A stretch of 64,000 nucleotides of DNA, taken from Lytechinus pictus. Taxonomy: Eukaryota. The stretch is from contig NC_087251.1 of NCBI RefSeq assembly GCF_037042905.1, positions 32,056,001-32,120,000 of the forward strand, read 5' to 3'. A model generated the notes under the pieces. It worked only from the letters and a program-made list of their open reading frames with translations, was not told the origin of the DNA and made no database searches. Position numbers and translations under genes: made by a program. Positions 63,826-64,000 of the stretch are shown here, one piece after another; within the stretch, counting starts at the first letter, position 1; each line of letters begins with the position of its first letter.

Positions 63826-64000
63826 TTTATAGTAGTTTTCAAAATCAGCACTGCTGCTATATTGAATTGCGTGATGCAGGTGAGACCGCCAGAGGCATTC
63901 CACTTGTATAATATGATTGCTGTTATTTTGGCAATGAAATTTAACTTGATAAGTTTTATTTTATATTAATCTCTAAATTGGAACCATAAATCTGTAGTAG

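Larger units (their letters stand above)
60914..63907 (+). mobile_element. HINE/DINE-like family A, complete copy with ~8 cores and a nested insertion
   Basis: 5' GTCTCACCTGC-ATA-GCAGAGTGAGAC; 3' GCAGGTGAGAC, GCC-AGA-GGC hairpin and CCACTTGT. Confidence 0.82.

Noticed and set aside
60661..64000. Terminal exon of the BBOX-like gene (expected GxY.D.D motif)
   Set aside because: Not found; the region is almost all repeats, so the exon probably lies beyond the window.

Overview
AT-rich, repeat-dense animal genomic DNA. The repeat families and intron style suggest a marine invertebrate such as a sea urchin, but this is inference. The main gene is on the + strand: a spliced gamma-butyrobetaine dioxygenase (BBOX1/TMLHE/TmpA-family, Fe(II)/2-oxoglutarate) homologue. 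I assembled 13 GT-AG coding exons from 15582 to 60660 (437 codons, all phases consistent). The last exon(s) lie beyond the window. The protein has a mitochondrial-presequence-like N-terminus, a CxCxxC...H zinc site, an H-x-D...H iron triad and atypical substrate-pocket motifs. The rest of the window is layered mobile DNA: L1/Tx1 and L2 LINE relics, tRNA-derived SINEs, two Kolobok/T2-type TTAA MITE families, Tc1/mariner, hAT, Harbinger and CACTG MITEs, Helentron-associated (HINE/DINE-like) elements with tandem cores, a probable solo LTR, a satellite array and a local tandem duplication. Highlights are a 1.2-kb non-autonomous Transib with V(D)J RSS-like ends inserted in a SINE, compensatory base changes in HINE termini, and a 22.6-kb intron holding possible decayed antisense coding relics. 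All calls were made by eye without database searches.
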